The notes beneath the pieces were generated by a model. The model saw nothing but the letters and a program-made list of their open reading frames with translations, had not been told where the DNA came from and ran no database searches. From a virus (Duplodnaviria > Caudoviricetes), in the IMG/VR virus record IMGVR_UViG_3300044641_001763, positions 1-57,078 of that record: DNA of 57,078 bases; one strand, 5' to 3'. The translations under genes were made by a program, and so were the position numbers. Below, in pieces: positions 26,336 to 36,419 of the stretch (position 1 is its first letter; each line of letters starts with the position of its first letter).

Positions 26336-26908
26336 ATGTCTGCGACTAATGCTCCGTTCGGTCTGCGCCCCGCGTTCCATCCAAGTGGTTTGGATCGCGC
26401 TCAGGCGCTGGCTGGCGGTATCGCGTCGGGATACAACACCGACATTCTCAAGGGCCAGCCCGTCAAGCTGGACACTAACGGCAACATCGTTGTTGCGGCG
26501 GCAGGTGATGCGTTCCAAGGTGCCTTTGCGGGCGTCGAGTTTACGGACACTACCGGTCGTCGTCGCGTCTCGAACAACTGGCCTGCCAACACGGCATACC
26601 AGACCGGTTCTTGCGTAGCGTATTTCTATAACGATCCCAACATCGTTTATGAAATTCAAGCTGCGGGTTCGTTGCTGCAAACCTCGATTGGCGACATGGC
26701 TGATTTGAGCAACACTACTGCTGGTTCGACGGTCACTGGTCTGTCGCAATGCACACTGTCAACCTCGTTGGTGGGTGGTGGCAACAGCGCTCAGATGCTG
26801 ATTCGCGATCTGGCTCCGTACCCTGATAACGATTGGGGAGATGCGTACACGATTGTGCGCGTAACGATCAACGAGTCGCAGTTCAATGCGTCCGTGAACG
26901 CCATTTAA
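26336..26908 (+). CDS. Capsid decoration/cement protein
   Basis: APFGLRP start, beta-rich, immediately before the capsid gene. Confidence 0.65.
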   Translation: MSATNAPFGLRPAFHPSGLDRAQALAGGIASGYNTDILKGQPVKLDTNGNIVVAAAGDAFQGAFAGVEFTDTTGRRRVSNNWPANTAYQTGSCVAYFYNDPNIVYEIQAAGSLLQTSIGDMADLSNTTAGSTVTGLSQCTLSTSLVGGGNSAQMLIRDLAPYPDNDWGDAYTIVRVTINESQFNASVNAI

Positions 26909-26920
26909 GAGAGGTGAATC

Positions 26921-27835
26921 ATGGCCGCTCCAATGCGTAGTACCGACTTTCGGTCAATTGTTGAACCGATCCTTAATGAATGTTTTGATGGTGTTTACGA
27001 CCAGCGAGCTGACGAGTGGAGCCGAGTGTTCCGCGAGCAGCAGGGCATTCCCCGCAATTATCACGAAGAACCTGTCCTGTACGGTTTTGGCGCAGCGCCT
27101 GAGCTGGCTGACGGCACCCCGGTGACGTATCAGCAGGGTGGCGTACTGTTCCTGAAGCGCTATGTGTACAAGGTGTATGGCCTTGCCTTCGCCCTGACCA
27201 AAGTGTTGACGGAAGACGGCGACCACATCCGTATTGGTTCGGTTTACGCTCGCCATCTGGCGCAGTCGCTCATTGAAACCAAAGAGACGCTTGCCGCGAA
27301 CGTGCTTAACCGCGCATTCAACGCTTCGTATCCTGGCGGTGACGGTGTGGCGCTGAACAGCAATGCGCATCCGATTGTCAACGGCACGTTCAGCAACTTG
27401 CTGACGACCGCGGCAAATCTGTCGCAGACCTCGCTCGAGCAGATGCTGATCCAGATCCGTCAGGCTGTTGACAACAACGGCAAGAAGATCCGTTTGGTTC
27501 CGCGTCAGCTTGTTGTGGCTCCAGGCAACGTCTTCCAGGCTGAAGTGCTGCTGAAGAGCGTGTTGCGTGCTGGCGTGGCTAACAACGACATCAACCCGAT
27601 CAAGTCGATTGGCTTGCTCGATGAGGGTGCCGCGGTTATCTCGCGTCTGACCAGTGCGACTGCTTTTTGGGTTCAGACTGACGCGCCTGAAGGCATGAAG
27701 CTGATGATGCGTCGTGGTCTGGAAAAGACGATGGAAGGTGACTTTGAAACCGACTCCATGCGGTACAAAGCGACCGAGCGTTATGACCTCGGCTTCACTG
27801 ACCCGCGTGCGATGTACGGCACTCCTGGTGTTTAA
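26921..27835 (+). CDS. Major capsid protein (Mu gpT-like, HK97 fold)
   Basis: 304 aa; GDGVAL...HP, LVVAP, NNDINP, RYDLGFTDPR; biased codons. Confidence 0.9.
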   Translation: MAAPMRSTDFRSIVEPILNECFDGVYDQRADEWSRVFREQQGIPRNYHEEPVLYGFGAAPELADGTPVTYQQGGVLFLKRYVYKVYGLAFALTKVLTEDGDHIRIGSVYARHLAQSLIETKETLAANVLNRAFNASYPGGDGVALNSNAHPIVNGTFSNLLTTAANLSQTSLEQMLIQIRQAVDNNGKKIRLVPRQLVVAPGNVFQAEVLLKSVLRAGVANNDINPIKSIGLLDEGAAVISRLTSATAFWVQTDAPEGMKLMMRRGLEKTMEGDFETDSMRYKATERYDLGFTDPRAMYGTPGV

Positions 27836-27858
27836 GCAACCGAGAACGGAGAAACATT

Positions 27859-28887
27859 ATGGCCCTCACTAATTTCCCGAATGGGATCACTAGTTTCGGG
27901 GTGCCTGTTCTCGGAACCATCGGCGGCTTGCCGTTTACTGGAAACTACTATTTTGTAGATCCATTGAACGGCGCTGATGGTAACGATGGCACGCCTGAAC
28001 TGCCGCTCAAAACGTTGTACGGCGCTTTGGCTAAATGTACTGCTGGCAACAACGATGTGGTTCTTCTGATGGGCGATGGTACTTCGGCGGGTTCTGCCCG
28101 TCTGAGTACGGCGCTTGCTCAGGAAATTAATTCGTCTGCGACCAACGGTACGCTGAACTGGAACAAGAACGCCACTCACTTGATTGGTGTTTGCGCTCCG
28201 ACTTCAGTAGCTCAACGAGCGCGTATTGCTCCGCCAGCGGGCACCTATACTGCCGCGACTTTCAACGCAACCACGTTTATCAACGTGACTGCGTCGGGGT
28301 GTTACTTTGCGAACCTGTCTGTATTCTGCGGGTTTAGCACGGGTAATGCTGCGATGATTGCGTGGCAGGACAGTGGTAGTCGGAATGCGTACTCGAACGT
28401 CAACATCTTCGGCATGGCGGATGCAGCGTCTGCTGGAGGCGCGAACGCTCGGACGCTGAAGCTGCTTGGCGGTGGTGAGAACACGTTCATCAACTGCACC
28501 TTGGGCGGTGATACGGTGGCACGAAGCGCAGCAAATGCTACTGTCGAGCTGGCTAACGGAACAGCGCGGAACTCGTTCATTGACTGCGTTTTCCCCTTCC
28601 AGGCTTCCGCTGCAACGCCCGTTGGTCTTCGGGTTACGCAGGGAGGCATGGATCGGTACGCGCTGTTCAAGGGGTGTACGTTCATCAACAACGTGGGTTC
28701 TACTTCAACCACGCTATCGGCGTTTGCAACGATTGCAACGTCGTCTGGCGGGCAGGTTGTTGTTGCAAACACGATGATGGTCGGCATTACCGAGTTCGGT
28801 TCTGATGCTGCGTCACTGGGTCAGATTTACGTTGATATGGCCGCGCCGTCTGCAAGCGCTGGCGGTATCGCCGTGAATCCGTCCTAA
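27859..28887 (+). CDS. Head fibre/spike with beta-helix (pectin lyase-like) fold
   Basis: TNFPNG start; YFVDP..GADGNDG...PLKTL; repeated F-x-x-C-T-F. Confidence 0.6.
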   Translation: MALTNFPNGITSFGVPVLGTIGGLPFTGNYYFVDPLNGADGNDGTPELPLKTLYGALAKCTAGNNDVVLLMGDGTSAGSARLSTALAQEINSSATNGTLNWNKNATHLIGVCAPTSVAQRARIAPPAGTYTAATFNATTFINVTASGCYFANLSVFCGFSTGNAAMIAWQDSGSRNAYSNVNIFGMADAASAGGANARTLKLLGGGENTFINCTLGGDTVARSAANATVELANGTARNSFIDCVFPFQASAATPVGLRVTQGGMDRYALFKGCTFINNVGSTSTTLSAFATIATSSGGQVVVANTMMVGITEFGSDAASLGQIYVDMAAPSASAGGIAVNPS

Positions 28888-28892
28888 ATTTA

Positions 28893-28908
28893 CGGGGGGA
28901 AACCCCCG
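28893..28908 (+). terminator. GC hairpin with GAAA tetraloop
   Basis: cggggg-gaaa-cccccg between genes. Confidence 0.45.
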
Positions 28909-28923
28909 ATAAAGGAGTGTGAC

Positions 28924-30042
28924 ATGGGTCAGTTTAAGCCGATGGTGAAGATGAAAACCACGGAGCCGTCTATTGAGCTGAAGCTCAAAAAAGGCGGTAA
29001 GGTGGAGAAGAAGATGCAGATGGGCGGGGATCCAGGCATGGCCCCTCCCGCTGCAATGCCTGCTGCGATGCCTGCACGAGGCGGCATGATGGGTGCGGGA
29101 GCGCCTATGAAGCCGTCTATGGCCTCTCGTCGTCGTGCGATGCGTGCGATGCCTTCTGGTGCCGGTCCTGCGGCTCCTGTGGGCATGGCGGGTCGCATGA
29201 TGAAAGAGGGCGGGGAAAGTACAGCGTTGCAAGAACACGCTGACAAACCTGCTAGCAAGGCTCACAAAGGTCTGAAGACTGGTGGTGTGGTGATGGGTCA
29301 AGCCGGATACAAACACGGCGGGGTCATCAACACTGAAGGCCAGGGTGGCAAGTACCGTAACACCAAGATGGACACTGCGAAGCCTGATCATTCCTCGGCA
29401 AAAACCGGTGGTGTGAAGATGGGCAAGCCTGGAGGGTATGCCACGGGAGGCGTTGCGAAGAGCAATGCTGGTGGCTACAAGAAGGGCGGTGTAGCCAAGA
29501 TGATGGGTGGCGGCATGGCTTACATGGAAGGTGGTGCCGCAAAAAAGGCTTTCGCGGCGGGGGGAGTTGTTGATAGCGGTGCCCCCGTCGCGATGCCTCA
29601 AGGCCGCAAAAAACCTAGTGCTCCTGTATCAATCAACGCATCGTCTGGCACCTTCAAGAAAGGCGGCAGCGTAACTGCTGCTGAAGGCCGCTTGCAAAAG
29701 AACTTTAAGAAAGAAAACGCCCCGGCTATGAAAGCAGCCAAAGCGGATTCAAATGAGGTTTACAGCAAGTACGGCAAGAAGATGAAAGACGGCGGCGTTC
29801 CGTCAGCGGTTCGTGACCAGAGGCAGACTGAAGAAAATCAGCGGGCCTATGCAAACTGGGAACGATCGCAGACGCAAGAGAACGAAGCCATGAGGAACGC
29901 CATTACGGGTTTCCCGCGTAAAGTGATGAGGGGCATCAAGGGGTTGTTTTCGTCAAACGCGCCGAAGGGCAGCGTGACTGAAACCGAGAAGTCGGTGACA
30001 GTGACGCCAGCCAAGAAGCGCGGAGGCGCGGTTACTTGTTAA
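28924..30042 (+). CDS. Basic low-complexity protein with about 14 xxxGG repeats
   Basis: LKKGG, MQMGG, MKEGG, LKTGG, YKHGG, AKTGG, YATGG, YKKGG, MMGGG, YMEGG, FAAGG, FKKGG, MKDGG, KKRGG. Confidence 0.8.
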   Translation: MGQFKPMVKMKTTEPSIELKLKKGGKVEKKMQMGGDPGMAPPAAMPAAMPARGGMMGAGAPMKPSMASRRRAMRAMPSGAGPAAPVGMAGRMMKEGGESTALQEHADKPASKAHKGLKTGGVVMGQAGYKHGGVINTEGQGGKYRNTKMDTAKPDHSSAKTGGVKMGKPGGYATGGVAKSNAGGYKKGGVAKMMGGGMAYMEGGAAKKAFAAGGVVDSGAPVAMPQGRKKPSAPVSINASSGTFKKGGSVTAAEGRLQKNFKKENAPAMKAAKADSNEVYSKYGKKMKDGGVPSAVRDQRQTEENQRAYANWERSQTQENEAMRNAITGFPRKVMRGIKGLFSSNAPKGSVTETEKSVTVTPAKKRGGAVTC

Positions 30043-30045
30043 ATT

Positions 30046-30070
30046 AGCGGGGGCTTCGGCCCCTGCTTTT
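30046..30070 (+). terminator. Intrinsic terminator ending the capsid operon
   Basis: agcgggggc-ttcg-gcccctgct followed by TTT. Confidence 0.85.
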
Positions 30071-30084
30071 GATTGGAGAGATAA

Positions 30085-30366
30085 ATGTCAACATTGACAA
30101 ATGTATTTTCGGCGCACGCTGATGGAACAGGAACAATTTACGCTGGCGCGACAAATCTCTCTGGGTATCAAGTTGCCTCTGGTGGGGTTGCTGGGGAAAT
30201 AGTTTTTCGTGATGGGGGATCAGGAGGAACTGTTCGTTTGCGCATTAACATTACAACAAATACTGCTGTAATTTCAACATTAATTCCGGGTAACGGAATT
30301 CGTTTTAATACCAACATTCATGTAACTTTGCCTGCTTCGGCGTCCGTAACCATTTTCTGCGGTTAA
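30085..30366 (+). CDS. Small beta-rich virion protein
   Basis: 93 aa; IPGNGIRF; AT-rich codons. Confidence 0.65.
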   Translation: MSTLTNVFSAHADGTGTIYAGATNLSGYQVASGGVAGEIVFRDGGSGGTVRLRINITTNTAVISTLIPGNGIRFNTNIHVTLPASASVTIFCG

Positions 30367-30368
30367 GT

Positions 30369-30893
30369 ATGCCAAGCAAATCATTAGCCCAGCATCGTTT
30401 GATGCAAGCCGCCGCTCACACCAAGGGCGGCTTTGGTGGTGTGCCTCAAAAGGTCGGCAAAGAGTTTGTCAAGGCCGACAAAAAAATGAACGACGGCGGA
30501 GTCGCTCAATCCTTGAAAAAGGCGGGCTTCTACGAGCCTTCCAAAAACCAGTCTGAGCGGGAGGCCATCGTCAACAAAGTCACGACCAAACCGCAACGAT
30601 TAAAAATAGTTGAGAAGTTGTTTGCTGACAAAAAGTTGAAAAGCGGCGGTAGTGTGTCACTTGCTGTTGGTCGCGGTGAAAAGTTGCCTGTTGAGAAAGG
30701 TGCTGGTCTTACAGCCAAGGGCCGAGCAAAATACAATGCGGCAACGGGGAGCAACTTAAAGGCACCACAGCCTCAAGGCGGCGCACGCAAGGATTCGTTT
30801 TGCGCCAGAATGTCGGGTATGCCCGGACCAATGAAAGACGAAAAGGGCAAGCCAACGCGCAAGGCAGCGGCCTTAAACAGATGGAAGTGCTGA
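30369..30893 (+). CDS. Basic composite protein with three segments joined at xxxGG motifs; C-terminal SFCARM domain
   Basis: MPSKS..Q..LM..AAH / MNDGG / LKSGG / RKDSFCARMSG...WKC. Confidence 0.7.
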   Translation: MPSKSLAQHRLMQAAAHTKGGFGGVPQKVGKEFVKADKKMNDGGVAQSLKKAGFYEPSKNQSEREAIVNKVTTKPQRLKIVEKLFADKKLKSGGSVSLAVGRGEKLPVEKGAGLTAKGRAKYNAATGSNLKAPQPQGGARKDSFCARMSGMPGPMKDEKGKPTRKAAALNRWKC

Positions 30894-30894
30894 T

Positions 30895-31956
30895 ATGGCC
30901 TACTCGGGAACTGTCGGAACAACTGTCATTCAAGTCCAGACTCTGATTGATCACGGTGCGCGTCGTGCTGGCAAACTCGCAGAAGAGCTGACTTCTGAGC
31001 AGGTATTGAGTGCTAGGGAGTCGCTTTTTTTTCTGTTGTCGAACCTGATCAATATTGGCATTCAGTATTGGGCAATCGACAAAAAGATCTATGGGTTGAA
31101 TGCTGATCAGTACGTCTACAAGCTGCCTGTTGGCGGCAACGACGTGTTGCAGGCCTTGTATCGGCGCATGAACAGGCCTTCTGGGTCGTATGAAACGACT
31201 GCTGGCGGCATCGTTGAAAACGCGTTTGACTCAAATATAGACACAATTTGCACCCAATCAGCTCCGAATGGGTCTATATCCGTCAATTACGGGGCCAATA
31301 ATCCGGTTTATATTGGTTCAATTGGCATTTTGCCGGGTGTAACAGGCAGTATTGACTACATTTTGGAGTATTCCGAAGACGGGTTGTCGTGGAGTACGCT
31401 CTATGATCCCGGTGTTCAAGCCTGGGTGAACAACGAGTGGATTTGGCACGATGTGGAGCCGGGTCAAACGGTGCAGTTTTACCGGATTCGGGCTAGAAAT
31501 GGGTCTACGTTGTCGCTGCGAGAGCTGTATTTCGGGAACAATTCGACCGAAATCACGATGGCGCGGCTGAATCGTGATGACTACACCAACCTGCCAAACA
31601 AAAACTTTACTGCCAACCAACCCTTCCAGTATTGGTTCAATCGAACGATTCCCCAGGCGGAGATTACGCTTTGGCCGGTACCTTCGGACCCCTTTGTTCA
31701 GATGACAGTGTGGTACTCAAGGCAGATCATGGACGTGGGTGATCTGTACGGCGAGCTAGAGATCCCCCAGAGATGGTATTTGGCGGTTGTTAATATGCTG
31801 GCGCATCAAATGGCGCTCGAGCTTCCCGGAGTTGCTACGGATCGCATCAGTTACCTTGAGGGGCAGGCGGACAAGTACCTGACGCTTGCTGAAGTTGAAG
31901 AACGAGACAAGTCTCCAATCTACTTTGCGCCAAACATCAGCGTCTATACGAGGTAA
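30895..31956 (+). CDS. Head-tail adaptor-like protein with inserted discoidin (F5/8C)-like domain
   Basis: Helical N-terminus, LWPVP; central ENAFD...EYSEDG..W...FYRIR. Confidence 0.6.
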   Translation: MAYSGTVGTTVIQVQTLIDHGARRAGKLAEELTSEQVLSARESLFFLLSNLINIGIQYWAIDKKIYGLNADQYVYKLPVGGNDVLQALYRRMNRPSGSYETTAGGIVENAFDSNIDTICTQSAPNGSISVNYGANNPVYIGSIGILPGVTGSIDYILEYSEDGLSWSTLYDPGVQAWVNNEWIWHDVEPGQTVQFYRIRARNGSTLSLRELYFGNNSTEITMARLNRDDYTNLPNKNFTANQPFQYWFNRTIPQAEITLWPVPSDPFVQMTVWYSRQIMDVGDLYGELEIPQRWYLAVVNMLAHQMALELPGVATDRISYLEGQADKYLTLAEVEERDKSPIYFAPNISVYTR

Positions 31957-31958
31957 TC

Positions 31959-32294
31959 ATGCCAAGATTCCTCGACACGCTAGGCTATTCAGACATAGCC
32001 ATTGCGGTCTGTGATCGATGCAAGATGAAGCGCCCGCACGCGGTTATGAGGAGCGATCCGAACTTCCCAGGTTTGCAGGTATGCAATGAAGGCTGCGCGG
32101 ACGAATTTGATCCGTACAGATTGGCTGCAAGAAAGACAGAGCGGATTACAATCAGGTTTCCGCGACCTGATTTGTCTGTTGCGGTGGACCCGAACAACCT
32201 GACCACAGGTGGCGACGGCAATTACGTTGTGTCTCCGGAGCAGAACACGCAGACCCCAGAGAACAACGGCAACTTGGACAGCATTGAGGTGTAG
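31959..32294 (+). CDS. Cys-rich neck-region protein
   Basis: CDRC...VCNEGC, PRPD. Confidence 0.65.
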   Translation: MPRFLDTLGYSDIAIAVCDRCKMKRPHAVMRSDPNFPGLQVCNEGCADEFDPYRLAARKTERITIRFPRPDLSVAVDPNNLTTGGDGNYVVSPEQNTQTPENNGNLDSIEV

Positions 32295-32295
32295 T

Positions 32296-34929
32296 GTGGC
32301 GAATGTAACGATTACCCAATTACCGGCAGCGGGGCCAATTACCGGAACGGAGTTGGTGCCAGTCGTTCAGGGTGGTCAGACTGTTCGCACTACCGCAGCC
32401 GCTCTGGCCGGATCTCCCGTACAGACTCAGACGTTCCTGACGCTCAATCAAGAGCCGACGCTGATTAACAGCCGTTACTTGCAGGGCGGAACCGGTATTG
32501 GGCTGCTAGACAACGGGGCGTTGTCGTACCTTCAGGTGGTCCTAAACGGAGCCTCTGGGAGCCTGGAATCGGCTGCAAACGGCATTATTGTCAAGACAGG
32601 CGGAACGACGGTCACCAACCGATCTATTGTTGTGACCGGGAACGGCTTGGCCATCACAAACGGCGACGGTATTGCTGGCAACCCGACAATTGGATTGACG
32701 GGTCTGGCGTTGGCCATTGCTCAGGTATCCGGCACTGGGATGTTGGCGGTTGTGGGTGGATCTACGATTGCTGGCCGACAGTTGCTTGGTACGGCCAATC
32801 AGATTGATGTTGCGTTCGGTGACGGATCGAATAGTCCAGTGTTTTCGCTGGCTACGAACCCAATTCTTCCGGGAACGGGAGCGGTAACGGTTCCAAAGGG
32901 TACGAGTGCTCAAAGACCGGTTGGTCAAGACGGGATGATTCGGTACAACACCGATACAAGCGCGCTGGAGGTGTATGACTCGGGTTCTTGGTCGAACTTG
33001 CCCACTGGCGCGGTTACGCTCATCAATACTGGAACGGGGCTGACGGGTGGTCCTATAACGTCTTCTGGGACGATTTCGATCGCTCCGACGGGGATTGCTG
33101 CTTCGACCTACGGATCTGCGGCAATTGTCCCGGTTTTGACGGTCAATGCTCAGGGACAGATTACTGGTGCGATTGATACGCCGATCTCTATTGGTACCAC
33201 TCAAATAACGTCTGGGGTACTGGATGTTAATCGAGGCGGCACTGGGATCGGGTCATACAACAATGGGGACTTGATCTATGCGTCAGGAGCTACGACGCTG
33301 GTATCGCTAGCTATTGGTGCTCCCGGTGACGTTCTGATTTCATCAGGAGGCGCTCCTCAATGGGCGGCTTTCTCGTCGGTAGCAGTTACGACGTTTGATG
33401 GCGGCACTACGGGATTGACCCCGTCTACGCCAACCGCCGGAGCAGTATCTTTAGGCGGCGTGCTTGTCGGAGAAAATGGCGGCACGGGTGTTAATAACTC
33501 TGGCAAGACGATTACGCTCGGTGGGAACCTAACGACCTCTGGCGCATTTGCTCTGACGCTAACTCAGACCAATACGACGAACGTCACGCTGCCAACGACG
33601 GGCACATTGGCAACGTTGGCCGGGTCTGAAATTCTGACCAACAAAACAATATCTGGTGCGCTAAACACGTTAACGAACATTCCTAATGCTGCGCTTGATA
33701 ACTCAAGCGTCACTATTGGGTCCACGTCAGTGTCATTAGGTGCGTCAACGCTAACGCTGAATGGATTGACTTCGGTAGCGGTAACTCAAGGTCCGTTGAC
33801 TGCTTTACAGTTAGCCACTAAACAGTATGTTGATGATGCGGTGTCGTCGGGCATTAATATTCATCCGCCAGTAAGGGTAGAGACGCCCGCGGCGTTAAAC
33901 GCCACCTACACTCCTGGCGGAACAGCAGTCACAGTAACGGACATTTCCGGCAATAAAACATTTACGTTTTCTACGTCACCGAGCTTGTCAATCAACGATC
34001 AGATTGTTTTTTCTTCGACCTCTAACGGCATTGTTTCAGGAACTGCGTACTATGTTTTCTCAGTGCCTGCCGCAAATCAGGTCACTCTTTCGTTGAGTTA
34101 CAACGGCCCTGAATTAACAACGTTCATTAATGGCTCTGGGTTGACAATTGCTGGCCTAGTCAATGCAGGCGTCGGTGCAACTCTAACCAACGCCGGAACA
34201 AAAGCTGCGTTACAGATCGATGGAGTAAACCTTTCAGTTACAAATCGCGTTTTGGTTTTGAACCAAGTCAATGCGTATGAGAACGGGGCCTATACGGTTA
34301 CAACCGTTGGAACGCCTGACCCCGGTGGTACTAACTGGGTTTTGACTCGAGCGTTAACAGAAGACAAGTACAAGCCAGATAGTACGACCGGCATGGGTCA
34401 AGGCGACTACTACTTTGTTCAAGAGGGTAATACAGGAGCGGGTCAGTCGTATGTGTTGACGACACTTAACCCGATCATTATTGGTACTACAAATCTAACG
34501 TTCACTCAGTTTTCTTCGTCGCAGGTGTATTCAGCGGGAACGGGTTTAACTCTTTTTGGCACGCAATTCAGTCTTACCGCTCCGGTGACTGCTGCGTTGG
34601 GAGGTACGGGACAAACGTCCTACACGGCAGGCGATCTAATCTACGCCACGGCCTCTACAACACTTTCAAAGCTAGCCCTTGGGGCATCGACTTATCTGTT
34701 GACTTCAAGTGGTACTGCCCCGCAGTACACTGATCCTGCTTCTGTATCGGTGGGATCGGCCACAAACGCAACGAACACAGGCATCACTGCAAGCAGTGTA
34801 AATGCTGATTACTATTTGACGGTAGTCAGTGCAACTACTGGCAATCTGCCGCAGTTGGTAGCGACGGGATTGACCGCAAACCCATCCACCGGGAAAATCA
34901 CTGGTGGCATCGCTGGAGGTACCTTCTAA
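32296..34929 (+). CDS. Tail fibre protein
   Basis: ITQLP start, GMIRYN, GGTG repeats, ATKQYVD, RVLV-x-x-Q...ENG-x-Y. Confidence 0.8.
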   Translation: MANVTITQLPAAGPITGTELVPVVQGGQTVRTTAAALAGSPVQTQTFLTLNQEPTLINSRYLQGGTGIGLLDNGALSYLQVVLNGASGSLESAANGIIVKTGGTTVTNRSIVVTGNGLAITNGDGIAGNPTIGLTGLALAIAQVSGTGMLAVVGGSTIAGRQLLGTANQIDVAFGDGSNSPVFSLATNPILPGTGAVTVPKGTSAQRPVGQDGMIRYNTDTSALEVYDSGSWSNLPTGAVTLINTGTGLTGGPITSSGTISIAPTGIAASTYGSAAIVPVLTVNAQGQITGAIDTPISIGTTQITSGVLDVNRGGTGIGSYNNGDLIYASGATTLVSLAIGAPGDVLISSGGAPQWAAFSSVAVTTFDGGTTGLTPSTPTAGAVSLGGVLVGENGGTGVNNSGKTITLGGNLTTSGAFALTLTQTNTTNVTLPTTGTLATLAGSEILTNKTISGALNTLTNIPNAALDNSSVTIGSTSVSLGASTLTLNGLTSVAVTQGPLTALQLATKQYVDDAVSSGINIHPPVRVETPAALNATYTPGGTAVTVTDISGNKTFTFSTSPSLSINDQIVFSSTSNGIVSGTAYYVFSVPAANQVTLSLSYNGPELTTFINGSGLTIAGLVNAGVGATLTNAGTKAALQIDGVNLSVTNRVLVLNQVNAYENGAYTVTTVGTPDPGGTNWVLTRALTEDKYKPDSTTGMGQGDYYFVQEGNTGAGQSYVLTTLNPIIIGTTNLTFTQFSSSQVYSAGTGLTLFGTQFSLTAPVTAALGGTGQTSYTAGDLIYATASTTLSKLALGASTYLLTSSGTAPQYTDPASVSVGSATNATNTGITASSVNADYYLTVVSATTGNLPQLVATGLTANPSTGKITGGIAGGTF

Positions 34930-36143
34930 TGGCACAGGCCGGATTTACGCCCATATCGCTGTACTTCAGCACTACAGCGGCGGCAACGCCGTCTGCGGGC
35001 AACTTAGCCAGCGGCGAGTTGGCAATCAACATCACTGATGGTAAGTTGTTCTACAAGGACAACGGCGGTGTTGTTCAAATTATTGCCACTGCTTCTGGAG
35101 CGGCGTTTACTTGGCCCGCAGCCGGAATCGCAAATTCAACGGGATCATCCTGGGGCACGTCGTACACGACTAGTGGAAGCGGAACTGTAGTTGCGCTGAC
35201 TACGTCTCCGACGTTTGTCACGCCGGTTCTTGGGACGCCCTCGTCCGGAAACCTGTCGAACTGTACGAACCTATCTTTGACCACCGGGGTGACCGGAACG
35301 CTGCCTGTCGGGAATGGCGGCACAGGAATCACCGCGGGAACTTCTGGGGGGGTACCGTACTTCTCTGCGACTAATACGATTGCATCGTCGGCGGCACTAG
35401 CTGCAAACGCAATTGTGATCGGCGGCGGAGCTGGAGTGGCTCCGGCAACTACGACTACAGGCACGGGGGTTCTGACCGCGGTAGGGAACCAAGTCAACAC
35501 GACTAATGGTCTGGTCACGCAAACGGCCACGTTGACCTCTAGCGCTCTGCTGCTAGGCGGCGGATCTGGGACGGGGATTTCCTCAACGACGACCGGCACG
35601 GGTGTAATTACGGCGGTTGGAAACAACGTCAATACAACCGGCGGGTTGGTGACGCAGTCTGGAACCTTGACGGCCAGTGCAATCTTGATTGGTGGCGGAT
35701 CCGGAGCGGCGATCACCTCGACGACAACCGGAACCGGAGTTCTAACTGCTCTGGGCAACAACGCAAACGCCACGGGCGGTTTTACGACCATCAACGGCAC
35801 TGCTACGCTCACCAACAAGCGGATTGACCCTCGGGTATCTAGTACAGCCTCCACGGCCTCTATCACCCCGGATATTGCGTCTTTTGACCAGTACGCGGTG
35901 ACTGCACAGGCTGCTGGCCTAGCGATCAATGCCCCGACTGGAACGCCGGTTGACGGGAATAAGTTAGTCTTTCGCCTGTTGGATAACGGAACGCCCAGAG
36001 CATTGACCTGGGACGGGACGTTTACGGCAATCGGGGTTACCATTCCTACAACCACAACTGCAAACAAAACGACGTATGTTGGGTGCATCTACAACGCGAA
36101 CAACACGCGCTGGGATGTGATCGCAGTGACAACTCAGGCTTAA
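34929..36143 (+). CDS. Tail fibre protein with internal ~41-aa repeats
   Basis: GELAINITDGKLFYK; three TTTGTGV-x-TA-x-GN units; WDVIAV end. Confidence 0.8.
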   Translation: MAQAGFTPISLYFSTTAAATPSAGNLASGELAINITDGKLFYKDNGGVVQIIATASGAAFTWPAAGIANSTGSSWGTSYTTSGSGTVVALTTSPTFVTPVLGTPSSGNLSNCTNLSLTTGVTGTLPVGNGGTGITAGTSGGVPYFSATNTIASSAALAANAIVIGGGAGVAPATTTTGTGVLTAVGNQVNTTNGLVTQTATLTSSALLLGGGSGTGISSTTTGTGVITAVGNNVNTTGGLVTQSGTLTASAILIGGGSGAAITSTTTGTGVLTALGNNANATGGFTTINGTATLTNKRIDPRVSSTASTASITPDIASFDQYAVTAQAAGLAINAPTGTPVDGNKLVFRLLDNGTPRALTWDGTFTAIGVTIPTTTTANKTTYVGCIYNANNTRWDVIAVTTQA

Positions 36144-36146
36144 ACC

Positions 36147-36416
36147 ATGATTAAGATTGACTTCTCATTTGAAACCCCTCACGGCAAGTTCGCTGACGCC
36201 CTGCATCTGCCGGACGATCACACGTTTACGGAAGCAGAGATTCAAACCATGAAAGAGCAGCGCCGCGACAACTGGATTGCTGTGGTGACCGCGCCTCCGG
36301 TTGAGAACGGCAACACGCAAGAAATTGACGGAGAGGTGTATCAGAAGCTCGAAGGTGTTCCGCCTGCGGGAGCCAAGTTGATTGAGATCGAAGGCGTCTG
36401 GTACTACAAGGTGTAA
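36147..36416 (+). CDS. Small tail-fibre-associated protein
   Basis: ORF between fibre genes. Confidence 0.65.
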   Translation: MIKIDFSFETPHGKFADALHLPDDHTFTEAEIQTMKEQRRDNWIAVVTAPPVENGNTQEIDGEVYQKLEGVPPAGAKLIEIEGVWYYKV

Positions 36417-36419
36417 GTC

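Noticed and set aside
35075-36088. 337-aa antisense ORF (also 21771-22799, 28813-29601, 53778-54593)
   Set aside because: Shadow frames of biased or repetitive sense genes; no RBS or recognisable motifs
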